Below are positions 8,842 to 17,832 of a stretch of DNA of 64,000 nucleotides, piece after piece. The stretch spans positions 5,504 through 69,503 of the forward strand of contig JAHIPS010000106.1 of NCBI GenBank assembly GCA_018902915.1, written 5' to 3'. Position numbers and translations under genes: made by a program. Numbering within the stretch: the first letter of the stretch is position 1; every line of letters begins with the position of its first letter. The notes under the pieces are model-generated. The model was not told the origin of the DNA. It saw only the letters and a list, made by a program, of their open reading frames with translations, and did not search any database. Origin of the DNA: Candidatus Omnitrophota bacterium. Its GTDB lineage: Bacteria; Omnitrophota; Gorgyraeia; Gorgyraeales; Gorgyraeaceae.

Positions 8842-9388
8842 TGCTGTCGTCCAGCATATCCTTGTTAATACTTACGCAGGATTTGCTCCTCAATTCCTCT
8901 ATCCACGCGTTCATAGCATCTGTTTCTTTTTTTCTCCTTACATCCCTCTCTATATCCCGTCTTACCTTGGAAAAAGGCAATGTCTCGCCAGAGGCGTTAT
9001 AATACTCCTTGACCTCGTCTTCATAGACATGGACCAGGCCTGATATCTCCTTGCTTTTCCTTTCAAGTAAAATCTTTAAAAGCGCCTGTTCCCAGTAATT
9101 CTCGATACTCTTCATAAAATCCTTTTCCCTGTCAAGCCCCTGACGCTGCGCATCCTGAAGCAAGATCTCTTTCTCCAGCAGCCTGTCCAGATATTCCTCC
9201 CTGCCCTCTTGTGTCTCCAAAAGCACCGCATCATCGTAAGGCGTATTATCCAATTCGTATCTCAAGTCCTCGACGCTCATCCTGTAGTCATTCACCTGCG
9301 CGACCACTCGTTTATCGCCTTTGTCGCTGCCGCGCGCGCACCCTGTTAAAAATAAAACCACGAGACCTATAAATAAAACTCTCTTCAT
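8822..9388 (-). CDS. Lipoprotein, possibly a SurA-N-like chaperone domain (weak).
   Basis: MKRVLFIGLVVLFLTGC lipobox. The track starts at TTG 9421, but ATG 9388 with a GGGGGGAGG RBS is preferred. The C-terminal MFKAKP* is encoded by the palindromic repeat. Confidence 0.5.
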   Translation of the reverse strand: MKRVLFIGLVVLFLTGCARGSDKGDKRVVAQVNDYRMSVEDLRYELDNTPYDDAVLLETQEGREEYLDRLLEKEILLQDAQRQGLDREKDFMKSIENYWEQALLKILLERKSKEISGLVHVYEDEVKEYYNASGETLPFSKVRRDIERDVRRKKETDAMNAWIEELRSKSCVSINKDMLDDSMFKAKP

Positions 9389-9409
9389 ATCAACCTCCCC
9401 CCAATTTCT

Positions 9410-9436
9410 GTGAACTGTCAACCGTGAACTGTCAAC
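9410..9436. repeat. Tandem direct repeat, 2 x GTGAACTGTCAAC (13 bp).
   Basis: Copies at 9410-9422 and 9424-9436. On the minus strand each contains TTGACA. It lies just upstream of gene 8822..9388. Confidence 0.7.
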
Positions 9437-9440
9437 TAAA

Positions 9441-10889
9441 TTAGCGCGCCCCCACTGAAAAGAGCACCGCTGGTATTGTTTTTAATAAAATCTTGAAATC
9501 CAACCCTAGCGACCAGTTATCGATGTATTCCAGATCCATCTTTATCCATTTCTCAAAATCAACATTATTCCTGCCATTGGTCTGCCACAGACAGGTAAGT
9601 CCCGGCTTCATGCTAAGACGCCTCCTCTGCCATACCCTGTATTTATCGACCTCTGAAGGAATAGGCGGCCGCGGACCTACAAGAGACATGTCGCCCTTAA
9701 GTATATTAAATAATTGGGGTAATTCATCAAGGCTTGTCCTGCGCAGGAAATTTCCAAATTTCGTAACGCGGGGATCGCTGCGCATCTTAAAGGCAAGGCC
9801 GTGCATTTCATTAAGCGGATCCAATCCCTCTTTTTCCTTCTCAGCACCATTTACCATGGTTCTGAATTTATACATCACAAATTCTCTTCCATTAAGGCCG
9901 CTTCGCACCTGTTTAAATATGGCCTGACCTGGAGAAAGCCATTTTATAATAACAGTTATGGCTATAAAAAGAGGCAGCGCCATAATGATACCTATCACGG
10001 AAGATATTATATCAAACAACCTCTTCAATAACAACTGCCATTCTTCGCCCACTGTTGTCTGAAAACCAAGAAGCGGGATACCCCCTATCTCGCTGGACAT
10101 TGACTGGGCTATTTTCATATTGAAGAAATCTACGGCTATTGTTGTTTTCACGCCCTGCGTCTCGCACGCAAGAAGGCTATCTTCAATAAGAGACAGCCAT
10201 TTTCGCGGCACTATGAATATAACCTCATCAATAACTTTTTTACTTAGTATCGTCGGTATATCCTCCAGGAGCCCTATAACCTTTTTCCCGTAAACGCTGT
10301 TTCCGAGCCTTTCCTTTTCAGCATCTATCAGACCTATTATCCTTAATCCCCACTCATCGTGTCTTTGCACAAGCTTTATGAAATCTTCTGCCCTCGGACC
10401 AGTGCCCACCAATAATATATCCTTATGATTATATCCTTTTTTTCTTAAAAACCTCAAAAATGAAACGACAACCCATCTCTCTAATATCAATAACAGGCTT
10501 GTTATAAAAAGCGACATCACGATAAAGCTCCTGCTTATAAAGGCCAATTTAAAAATAAACGCTATCGCGCCAAAGACAACCATAACAAAAAATACACTCT
10601 TTGCAATGCTCCATACGATCTCGAAGAAACTCTTTTTTCTAAAGGATCCATATAATCCGCAGGAATTAAGGGCCATCCACCATATAAAAAGTATTACCGG
10701 AAGCATATTTAAATATCTGGAAAAGCCGACCAGGTCATCCATGACCTGTCTTTGCGGGAAAAAATCAAAGGCGTATATTGTATGGATATTGTCCCTGATG
10801 AGGAAGGCAAGCAAAAACGAGACAAACACTACAAATATATCTACCAGTTTTAATAATCTTCTTAGAAGTTGTTCTTTTTCTTTTATCAT
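9441..10889 (-). CDS. wbaP: Polyprenyl-phosphate sugar phosphotransferase (WbaP/EpsB family priming glycosyltransferase).
   Basis: KRLFDIISSVIGII...VRSGLNGREFVMYKFRTM...DELPQLFNILKGDMSLVGPRPP is the hallmark of bacterial sugar transferases. The N-terminus is multi-TM. Confidence 0.85.
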   Translation of the reverse strand: MIKEKEQLLRRLLKLVDIFVVFVSFLLAFLIRDNIHTIYAFDFFPQRQVMDDLVGFSRYLNMLPVILFIWWMALNSCGLYGSFRKKSFFEIVWSIAKSVFFVMVVFGAIAFIFKLAFISRSFIVMSLFITSLLLILERWVVVSFLRFLRKKGYNHKDILLVGTGPRAEDFIKLVQRHDEWGLRIIGLIDAEKERLGNSVYGKKVIGLLEDIPTILSKKVIDEVIFIVPRKWLSLIEDSLLACETQGVKTTIAVDFFNMKIAQSMSSEIGGIPLLGFQTTVGEEWQLLLKRLFDIISSVIGIIMALPLFIAITVIIKWLSPGQAIFKQVRSGLNGREFVMYKFRTMVNGAEKEKEGLDPLNEMHGLAFKMRSDPRVTKFGNFLRRTSLDELPQLFNILKGDMSLVGPRPPIPSEVDKYRVWQRRRLSMKPGLTCLWQTNGRNNVDFEKWIKMDLEYIDNWSLGLDFKILLKTIPAVLFSVGAR

Positions 10890-10908
10890 GACATTATTTC
10901 CCCGAATT

Positions 10909-12336
10909 TCATATGCAGGCCTCTATCGAATTCTTCCATCCGTAATGCGGTCTAAAGGCCAGGCACCTGCCCTTAATGGCATCCAGAGGTTTGTTCCAAT
11001 CATTTACGTTCGATACACAATTTATTTTTTTGAAATCACAATCACAAAGCCTATCCAGATTCACCTTTGATATCTTTTTAAACTTGGGTATCTTTATAGG
11101 GTCAAAGCCCATAAGCCTGCTTGTGACTACATCTACTAAAAAATCATTGGATCCGGCTACCAATACACCGCAGCGTTTAGATCGAGGATTAATAGGGCCG
11201 TCCCCTTCGCCGGCTATAATACCGTCTACGATAACAAACATCTTACGCTGTCTTTTTTCTCGCATAACACCCTTTTTATCAGCATAGGAAACTATATATG
11301 CAAGGTCTAAAATAGTCCTCCACATAACATCATTACCTGGCCAGTCCCCCCTGCTTACACACACATCTGTAACGCCTTTAAATTGCCTAAGATTATCTAT
11401 AATCGGTATAATAATTCTTCCGAGATATCTCTTTAATAAGCCTACTGCTGTCTTTTTTATCCCGGCTGACGAATCCCTTGAAGCACTGCAGGAAGGCGCA
11501 TTCGTGTGCGGCAACCAGTCTCTCTCTCCGGTAACACCTATCATATTTTTAAGGGCCAGGGTAACACCTGAGCGTTTATGCGTTTTCATCTTTGGAAGGT
11601 TCAATATTACGTCTGCCTGTAACAGCGTATTGGATATTGAATATTCGCTGTTATCTTTATTGTGGTGTAAGCGCAGTATTTCCGGCTTGAAGTCAGGGCC
11701 GCTTAAAGATCCGCAATCTATGCCGCCTATCTTAAATTCACTGCTCGAGCCCAGGTCCACCCTTGTGTAACCAGCAGGATCCCCCTTCAGTCTGATCCTT
11801 TTAACTATATCGTTATTTTTCCTTATAACCATCTCCTGCCTTAAATCATATATATCTAATTCAAAACCGGCGTTCTTCCTGTAAAATTCCCTGACCTCCT
11901 CCAGACCTGAAAGTCTGACTATCTTATCGAAATCGCCGTCGTCCACGGGCCCATCTGCGATTATGATCCTGCCCTTACCTTTTAAGGCAATATAGGCATA
12001 ATCCGTGACTGCCCTGATCAAAGAACCGTGCGTGATCAAGGCCTTTATCCCTCCGGGCCTTCCGCTAAAATGCCTCATAAAATTCGGTTTTATCAGCACC
12101 TTCTGGCCCGGCAATATAAATGAACCTAACGGATTCCAGTCCACTGTGCCGAAATTATCCAGGTCCAGTTCCATAAGCTTAAACAATTCCCTCAAAGACG
12201 CGTAGATCTCATTCCCCCTGTCTGTGATCCTGCTTTCCTTGAAAGGATACTCCTTGAATATAAAAGGAGGGTTATGAGGAGCCCTTTTAGAATAATCCGT
12301 CTTCTTCTGTTTGTAGATACCGACTTTATCTTTCAT
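10909..12336 (-). CDS. DUF362-like domain protein (uncharacterised, often in EPS loci).
   Basis: VLIKPNF..., LNLPKMKTHKRSGVTLALKNMIGV and IVDGIIAGEGDGP resemble the DUF362 family pattern. The assignment is from memory of the family consensus. Confidence 0.4.
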   Translation of the reverse strand: MKDKVGIYKQKKTDYSKRAPHNPPFIFKEYPFKESRITDRGNEIYASLRELFKLMELDLDNFGTVDWNPLGSFILPGQKVLIKPNFMRHFSGRPGGIKALITHGSLIRAVTDYAYIALKGKGRIIIADGPVDDGDFDKIVRLSGLEEVREFYRKNAGFELDIYDLRQEMVIRKNNDIVKRIRLKGDPAGYTRVDLGSSSEFKIGGIDCGSLSGPDFKPEILRLHHNKDNSEYSISNTLLQADVILNLPKMKTHKRSGVTLALKNMIGVTGERDWLPHTNAPSCSASRDSSAGIKKTAVGLLKRYLGRIIIPIIDNLRQFKGVTDVCVSRGDWPGNDVMWRTILDLAYIVSYADKKGVMREKRQRKMFVIVDGIIAGEGDGPINPRSKRCGVLVAGSNDFLVDVVTSRLMGFDPIKIPKFKKISKVNLDRLCDCDFKKINCVSNVNDWNKPLDAIKGRCLAFRPHYGWKNSIEACI

Positions 12337-12346
12337 CGATCCTCCG

Positions 12347-13297
12347 TCAACGTCCCAGCGAATAAAAAGAAACCGAGCTTGAAAAAAGGGTTTTATTTAA
12401 AAGAAAACTCGCGTCTATTGATCTTAACGAAAATCTATCAGTGTCTCTGGAATTAGACCCTTTTATGCATGTCCTGGCATAATCAAACCCCGCATCCCTG
12501 AGGATACCCCTGACCCTGTCATCATGTTTTCCGAACGGGTAGCAGAAGCCGATTTGTTCTGGCCCCAGCTTTCCCTGCAGTTCCAGCCTGGAATCCATGA
12601 GCTCCTTTTGCATCTCATTATCCCCCATAAGGCACAGGTTCCTGTGTGTCTTTGTATGCGAACCAAAGTCTAAGCCTGATCCGGCCATTTCATTGATCTC
12701 TTTCCACCCGAGCATCCGGTGAGGAGTCATATCCTTGCTTATTTGATATCGGTCCTTTAATCTATCCACGTGATTCCTTATCTCGGATTCTTTCTTATCC
12801 ATAAGAAAACTGTTTATCCGGTTGGCCTTATACGCGTCCTTAAGGATGTCCCCGGTCCTATTTTTTCCATAACGCCGTATTATCTGAAAGACCTCGTCCC
12901 ACCAGAAAAGATGGTCTTTGCCTATAAGATCCGTTGTAAGAAATATCGTCGCAGACAGGCCGTATTTCTTGATGATAGGAAAGGCGTGCGTATAGTTATC
13001 CATGTAGCCGTCATCCAGATTTATAGAGACATAAACTCCCCTGCGTCCTTTATCTGAAAGTAAGCTTAGCCCATCGGTCATTGTCACGACCTCGAAATTA
13101 TCCTTTATAAATCTCATATGAGATTCAAAAACATCAGCCGGCACACCCATATATTCGTACGAATCCATAGACGGGCACACCCTGTGATAAACTATGGTCA
13201 GTAAAAGAGGTCTTCTCGAGTTACGTAAAAACCAAAACATGCATCTCTCCATCCCTGAATAATGATATATATATTTCGCTAGATCCCTGGCCCTCAT
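12347..13297 (-). CDS. Polysaccharide deacetylase (CE4, NodB homology domain).
   Basis: VSINLDDGYMDNYTHAFPIIKKYGLSATIFLTTDLIG matches the NodB motif 1/2 region (D-D, H-x4-H context). Confidence 0.75.
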   Translation of the reverse strand: MRARDLAKYIYHYSGMERCMFWFLRNSRRPLLLTIVYHRVCPSMDSYEYMGVPADVFESHMRFIKDNFEVVTMTDGLSLLSDKGRRGVYVSINLDDGYMDNYTHAFPIIKKYGLSATIFLTTDLIGKDHLFWWDEVFQIIRRYGKNRTGDILKDAYKANRINSFLMDKKESEIRNHVDRLKDRYQISKDMTPHRMLGWKEINEMAGSGLDFGSHTKTHRNLCLMGDNEMQKELMDSRLELQGKLGPEQIGFCYPFGKHDDRVRGILRDAGFDYARTCIKGSNSRDTDRFSLRSIDASFLLNKTLFSSSVSFYSLGR

Positions 13298-14415
13298 ATA
13301 AACACCTGCTTTATCTTTCTCAATATTCCATAGATGATCCTGTGCCTTTTTATGCGTTTGATCGCCGAGTATAACAGGTAAAGGCCTTTGCCATAAAAGT
13401 TGTCATTAAAGATCCTTACCTTTTCCTGCATCCTGAAATCCTGCGTCAACCTCGTCTTCCACTCCTCTTCTCCTCTGCCAAAATCTATTTCCTTTATGCC
13501 TTTTGAAATGGCATTTTCTATGCTCCACAGCATCAGCATGGTGCCGGGAGACATATGTGAATATCTGGAATCGAATTCTATGCTGTAATTGGACAGCCTG
13601 CCGTTGTATAAAAAATTATATATATACGCGATAGGCGTGTCTCCCATCTTGAGGATGGATATATCCAGGCATCCGGAATTTGCGAATCCGAGGAATATAT
13701 CTTTATGGAAATCCCTGATACCATGTTTCAAAAAGACACTTTTATGCCCTGTCCCTTTCCAGCTCCTGCTCGCTATAAACTGTATTTCGTCAAGCAGGGC
13801 CTCTTTCACTTCATTATGCCTGTAACGCCTGAATTCCAGGTTAGCCCTGACCTCTTTATTTAACTTCTTGGTCTTTCTATGGAACTTTTTGGAAACCTTC
13901 TTTAAAATAAAATCTACATTGTCGTTTAATTTAATAAAAAAGGACCTATCCCAGGGGCCTGACACAGACTTAAGATCCCGGAGCTTAACCCATTTTTTTA
14001 TGGTCTCTGCGGTCCCGGAGAATCTTACAATTTCATGAAAATCCAGAAAATCCCAATCCCTGCCAATACCTATAAGGTAATCCATTATGGACAGGACGCA
14101 TTTTTCTCTAGGCCCGTCGAGAATAAAATCCATCCTGTCCGATGCCGTGGTCCCTATAAAACAGACAGACCTTGCATAAAGTCCCATAACACCGTGTCTT
14201 CTGACCATAAGTGGGGCTATGCCGACCATTGCATCATCATCAAAAACTGTTAATATAATGAGCCTGTTGCCATTACAGCAATTCTTTATATAAGAGTTCA
14301 TCCAGTCGTAGGTAAGGAACACGTTGTCCGCTTTACTCCTCGTGATCAAATCACCCCACGCTTCTTTCATGCCCCTGAACTCTTCATAACTGGAAAGCTC
14401 TTTTATTCTTATCAT
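13294..14415 (-). CDS. GNAT/FemAB-like acyltransferase (PF13480, Acetyltransf_6 / CelD-like).
   Basis: Length about 370 aa. N-terminal EFRGMKEAWGDL...NVFLTYDW and overall architecture match the PF13480 proteins found next to CE4 deacetylases in EPS loci. Confidence 0.5.
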   Translation of the reverse strand: MIRIKELSSYEEFRGMKEAWGDLITRSKADNVFLTYDWMNSYIKNCCNGNRLIILTVFDDDAMVGIAPLMVRRHGVMGLYARSVCFIGTTASDRMDFILDGPREKCVLSIMDYLIGIGRDWDFLDFHEIVRFSGTAETIKKWVKLRDLKSVSGPWDRSFFIKLNDNVDFILKKVSKKFHRKTKKLNKEVRANLEFRRYRHNEVKEALLDEIQFIASRSWKGTGHKSVFLKHGIRDFHKDIFLGFANSGCLDISILKMGDTPIAYIYNFLYNGRLSNYSIEFDSRYSHMSPGTMLMLWSIENAISKGIKEIDFGRGEEEWKTRLTQDFRMQEKVRIFNDNFYGKGLYLLYSAIKRIKRHRIIYGILRKIKQVFI

Positions 14416-14419
14416 AGGT

Positions 14420-16978
14420 TTATAAGGCCCTCAGGCTGATGCCATCTATATAAAGATTCCTGTCCTTCATGGATCCCTCGTCATAGTAATCATTGTCAAA
14501 AACTATCCCGAATCTATTGCTGGAGCTATCTACGATTATAATCCCGGAATATTCCTTCCAATCATCGCTAACATATATATCCATGGCATCTTTATTATTA
14601 AACTTTACTATCATGTGCGGCCAGGTGTCGGAGGAGTCCTCGCCCCTTGCCTTAACCTTAAATTCATACATCCCTGCGGGTAAAAACATATCTATGCCAA
14701 ACTCCCCCTTCTCACACATATCCTTTTTTATGTCAAACCTCAGTTCAAAGCCTCCGGTTTTCAAATCCGATGTTACAGGAATGCGGTTAAAATCCAGTAT
14801 CCTGTAAATCTCGCTGTCATGATCGTGAGCCCTGACTATTTTCTTTGATATCTTATATGCCAGCTGGTATACTTCAGGGTTTCGAGGATCCACGACTCGT
14901 GATTTTTCTAAAAATCTCTCTGCCGTCCCGACGTATCCCTTATTCAGATAATATTCCCCCAACGATGTAAACAATAGGGATTTTCTTCTTGCGGAAAACC
15001 TGAGCTTCCTGTATTTGAGTAAAGCGTCTTTTATCAGAAACCTCTTTAGATAGCATCTGACCTGGCCCAGCTTGGCGTTTTCATTGTCTTCCCTGATCGC
15101 CTCTGCCATCTCGTAATATGCCATGGCCTTATTTATGTCCCGGGCGGCAAAGGCCAGGTCCGCCATGTCTTCATAAGATCCTTCGTCCATGAACGTCTCT
15201 GCTATGGATAAGCGCCCTTCTGACTCAGACATTGCGGCCGAGACCCTTTTGTACACCTCACTCGATAAACGGGCATTTCCTGTATTCAACAAGAACCCGG
15301 CATGCCTTTTTAAATAATACCAATTTGACGGGTCAAGCTCTATCGCCTCTTTATAGGCGCTATCCGCTAATTTTAGAAACTTGACGTTTGTAAGCGAAGA
15401 TCTGGAAAGCTGATAATAACTGTCAGCCAGCTCGATCCATGACCATGCATCTACAGGATTTAAATCCAATGATTTCTTGTATCCTTCCACTGACTTGTTA
15501 ATATATTCCCTGCCATCAGCCATGGTCTGAGCTTTTTTAGTATAGATATTTGCAAGTCTATACGGGTATGAATGATTAAAACGGCATAACCTTGTCGCGG
15601 CTATGGACAGGCGTTCTGCCTCTGCCAGGTCATTCCTGATAATAGCCCTGTCAGACGCCGTTGAACAGATCTCCGCAGCGAGCGCAGCGCTTATAAAAAC
15701 GATCGATGTAATTATAACTACGGCTGCAAGGGGTTTAAAAAATCTACGTACTGGAGGATCGATCCTTAACACAAGCTGAGGAAGATCCTTTTCTTTTTTA
15801 GAGGATATGTTAAATACAAGTCCGGAAAAAACAACAAATATAATAACATTTGCTGGTATGTAAAAATTAAAATCCCCCAGGCCGTGAATGGACATGCTCA
15901 AAATCCCTGCGGCCAGTGAAAGAGAGATCCAACTCTTAAAAGAGCTCCTGGCTATCCTGTGTGTCGTGAGGGCCTTTTTAACTATCACTGATATAATAAA
16001 GAGCATCAGGCACAGGGCAAATATGCCCATCTCGGAAGCTATCTGCAGATAATCATTATGCGCGTAATTCGCGAACACATTAAAACCCGCGGGCCTGTAT
16101 CTTGGAAAATTATAGATGAATGTCCCGGGGCCTGTGCCTAACAGCCAGTTATTCTTTATGACTCCCAGGGTGCCTTTCCAGATCTCAAGCCTTCCTTCGA
16201 AATCCAATTCGCCATAGCTCGACAGTCTTCTTAACAAAGACTCGAGATAGGTCGTGTTCAATACGAAAACTCCGAAGATCACGGCAAGCAAAACAAACAT
16301 GAAGAGAATAGATCTGTTCCTGTTCTTTTTAAAGATCATGACCGTCATAAACCCCATGGCTGCCGCTAAAGAGATCCACCCGCCCCTTGACATGGAAAGA
16401 AGGAATGCGATGCATAAGACCAAAAAACAATAGATATAGAGGGATTTCTTACCCATGTCCTTCTCTGACAGGGCCATGCCTATAGATAAAGGTATGACAA
16501 GCCCCGTTAAACCGGCAAAATGATTATGGTTCACATATGTCGCGGAAAGAAATAACGGCTTATCCCACCACGATTTATCCAGAACCCCTAAATATTGCAA
16601 TATCCCGAACATGGCGATCCCCGTACCCGTTACTAAAATTAAATTTAAAATTCTTTTTATCTGTTTTTCTATCGTGATGCAGTTCACGACCAGATAAAAG
16701 ACAAGGCCCAGGATTATAAACCTTGCAATCTCCATGACCGAGCCATAGATATAATCCGACCTGAAGACCGCTATAAGGGAAAGGATGAAAAACAATAATA
16801 TGGGCGCGTCTAAAGGTGTTCTTTTTATTCTTATCTCTCCATATGTAAGCTGTTTAAATATATATATAAGAAATGCGGCCAATATAATAATATATACAGA
16901 GGCGTAAGCCCATATCCTCACCGCGCCTCTGGCTATGGGAGCGAATATCAAAATTGAGTTAAGTAGCAATTCTATCAT
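14420..16978 (-). CDS. O-antigen ligase/polymerase-like (Wzy_C) membrane protein fused to TPR repeats and a C-terminal beta-rich domain.
   Basis: More than 10 TM helices with the YAHNDYLQIASEMGIFAL Wzy_C motif. TPR-like repeats follow (AYKEAIELDP, AMAYYEMAEAIRED). The about 130-aa C-terminal domain is unassigned. Confidence 0.7.
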   Translation of the reverse strand: MIELLLNSILIFAPIARGAVRIWAYASVYIIILAAFLIYIFKQLTYGEIRIKRTPLDAPILLFFILSLIAVFRSDYIYGSVMEIARFIILGLVFYLVVNCITIEKQIKRILNLILVTGTGIAMFGILQYLGVLDKSWWDKPLFLSATYVNHNHFAGLTGLVIPLSIGMALSEKDMGKKSLYIYCFLVLCIAFLLSMSRGGWISLAAAMGFMTVMIFKKNRNRSILFMFVLLAVIFGVFVLNTTYLESLLRRLSSYGELDFEGRLEIWKGTLGVIKNNWLLGTGPGTFIYNFPRYRPAGFNVFANYAHNDYLQIASEMGIFALCLMLFIISVIVKKALTTHRIARSSFKSWISLSLAAGILSMSIHGLGDFNFYIPANVIIFVVFSGLVFNISSKKEKDLPQLVLRIDPPVRRFFKPLAAVVIITSIVFISAALAAEICSTASDRAIIRNDLAEAERLSIAATRLCRFNHSYPYRLANIYTKKAQTMADGREYINKSVEGYKKSLDLNPVDAWSWIELADSYYQLSRSSLTNVKFLKLADSAYKEAIELDPSNWYYLKRHAGFLLNTGNARLSSEVYKRVSAAMSESEGRLSIAETFMDEGSYEDMADLAFAARDINKAMAYYEMAEAIREDNENAKLGQVRCYLKRFLIKDALLKYRKLRFSARRKSLLFTSLGEYYLNKGYVGTAERFLEKSRVVDPRNPEVYQLAYKISKKIVRAHDHDSEIYRILDFNRIPVTSDLKTGGFELRFDIKKDMCEKGEFGIDMFLPAGMYEFKVKARGEDSSDTWPHMIVKFNNKDAMDIYVSDDWKEYSGIIIVDSSSNRFGIVFDNDYYDEGSMKDRNLYIDGISLRAL

Positions 16979-17742
16979 ATGGTTTTGGTGAAAATCTTTA
17001 CAATGTCCCTGTCAAACTGGGTCCCGCTATGCCGCGCGAGCTCAGACATGGCCGCCTCTTTCGAGACAGACCTTTTGTAGGAATGCGGGGAAATCATGGA
17101 ATCGTATGCCTCTGCGATTGCAATTATACGGGCGGCCTTTTTGATCTTTTCTCCGCTAAAACCCCTTGGATAGCCTTTGCCATCCAGCCTCTCGTGATGC
17201 TGCAATACAACACCCGAGATCTCTTTTAACCCCTCTATCGAGCTCAATATCTCTTCCCCTGCTATAGGGTGATTTTTTATCGACCTATACTCTTGGGGTG
17301 TCAGGCCTTCTGATTTTAAAAGTATGTGCTTCTCTATGGCCATATGGCCTATATCATGAACAAGACCCGCTATCTCTATATATTTTATATCCGCCTCGCT
17401 CATGGCCATTGCCCTTGCGATCTTGCCGGACAGCATGGACACGTTTTTCGCGTGCATTATCAATGAATTACCTGCAGGACCAAGCGTCTTAAAAACAGGC
17501 AGCATGGCAGTGCATAATCTGAACATCAAAGAAAACTTATCTTCATCGCCTCTTAGCACGACCCTGTCGCCTAATGTAGCCAAGAGTTCGCTCTTACGAA
17601 TCCTGTGATGGCCGCCAGGCGTCTTGAGTGTATTTAATTTGCTGGCATAGATATAATTCTTTATCGTAGAAAGACTCAGATTAAAATGCTCTGCTGCCTG
17701 CTTCGGCGTGAAATAGATGTCTCCGTCGAATTTCTTTTTCAT
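16975..17742 (-). CDS. HTH (excisionase/MerR-like) + HD-GYP domain protein; putative c-di-GMP phosphodiesterase/regulator.
   Basis: N-terminal YFTPKQAAEHFNLSLSTIKNYIY HTH. HDIGHMAI...HHERLDGKGYPRG is the HD-GYP signature. Confidence 0.8.
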   Translation of the reverse strand: MKKKFDGDIYFTPKQAAEHFNLSLSTIKNYIYASKLNTLKTPGGHHRIRKSELLATLGDRVVLRGDEDKFSLMFRLCTAMLPVFKTLGPAGNSLIMHAKNVSMLSGKIARAMAMSEADIKYIEIAGLVHDIGHMAIEKHILLKSEGLTPQEYRSIKNHPIAGEEILSSIEGLKEISGVVLQHHERLDGKGYPRGFSGEKIKKAARIIAIAEAYDSMISPHSYKRSVSKEAAMSELARHSGTQFDRDIVKIFTKTI

Positions 17743-17832
17743 GATTCCCCCTGTTCGATATTAGTTAGTTTTAACTTTTTTTAAGCGCTTTATATTAAGA
17801 CGGTCCTTGAGTTTTTGTGTCAAAAAACGGGA

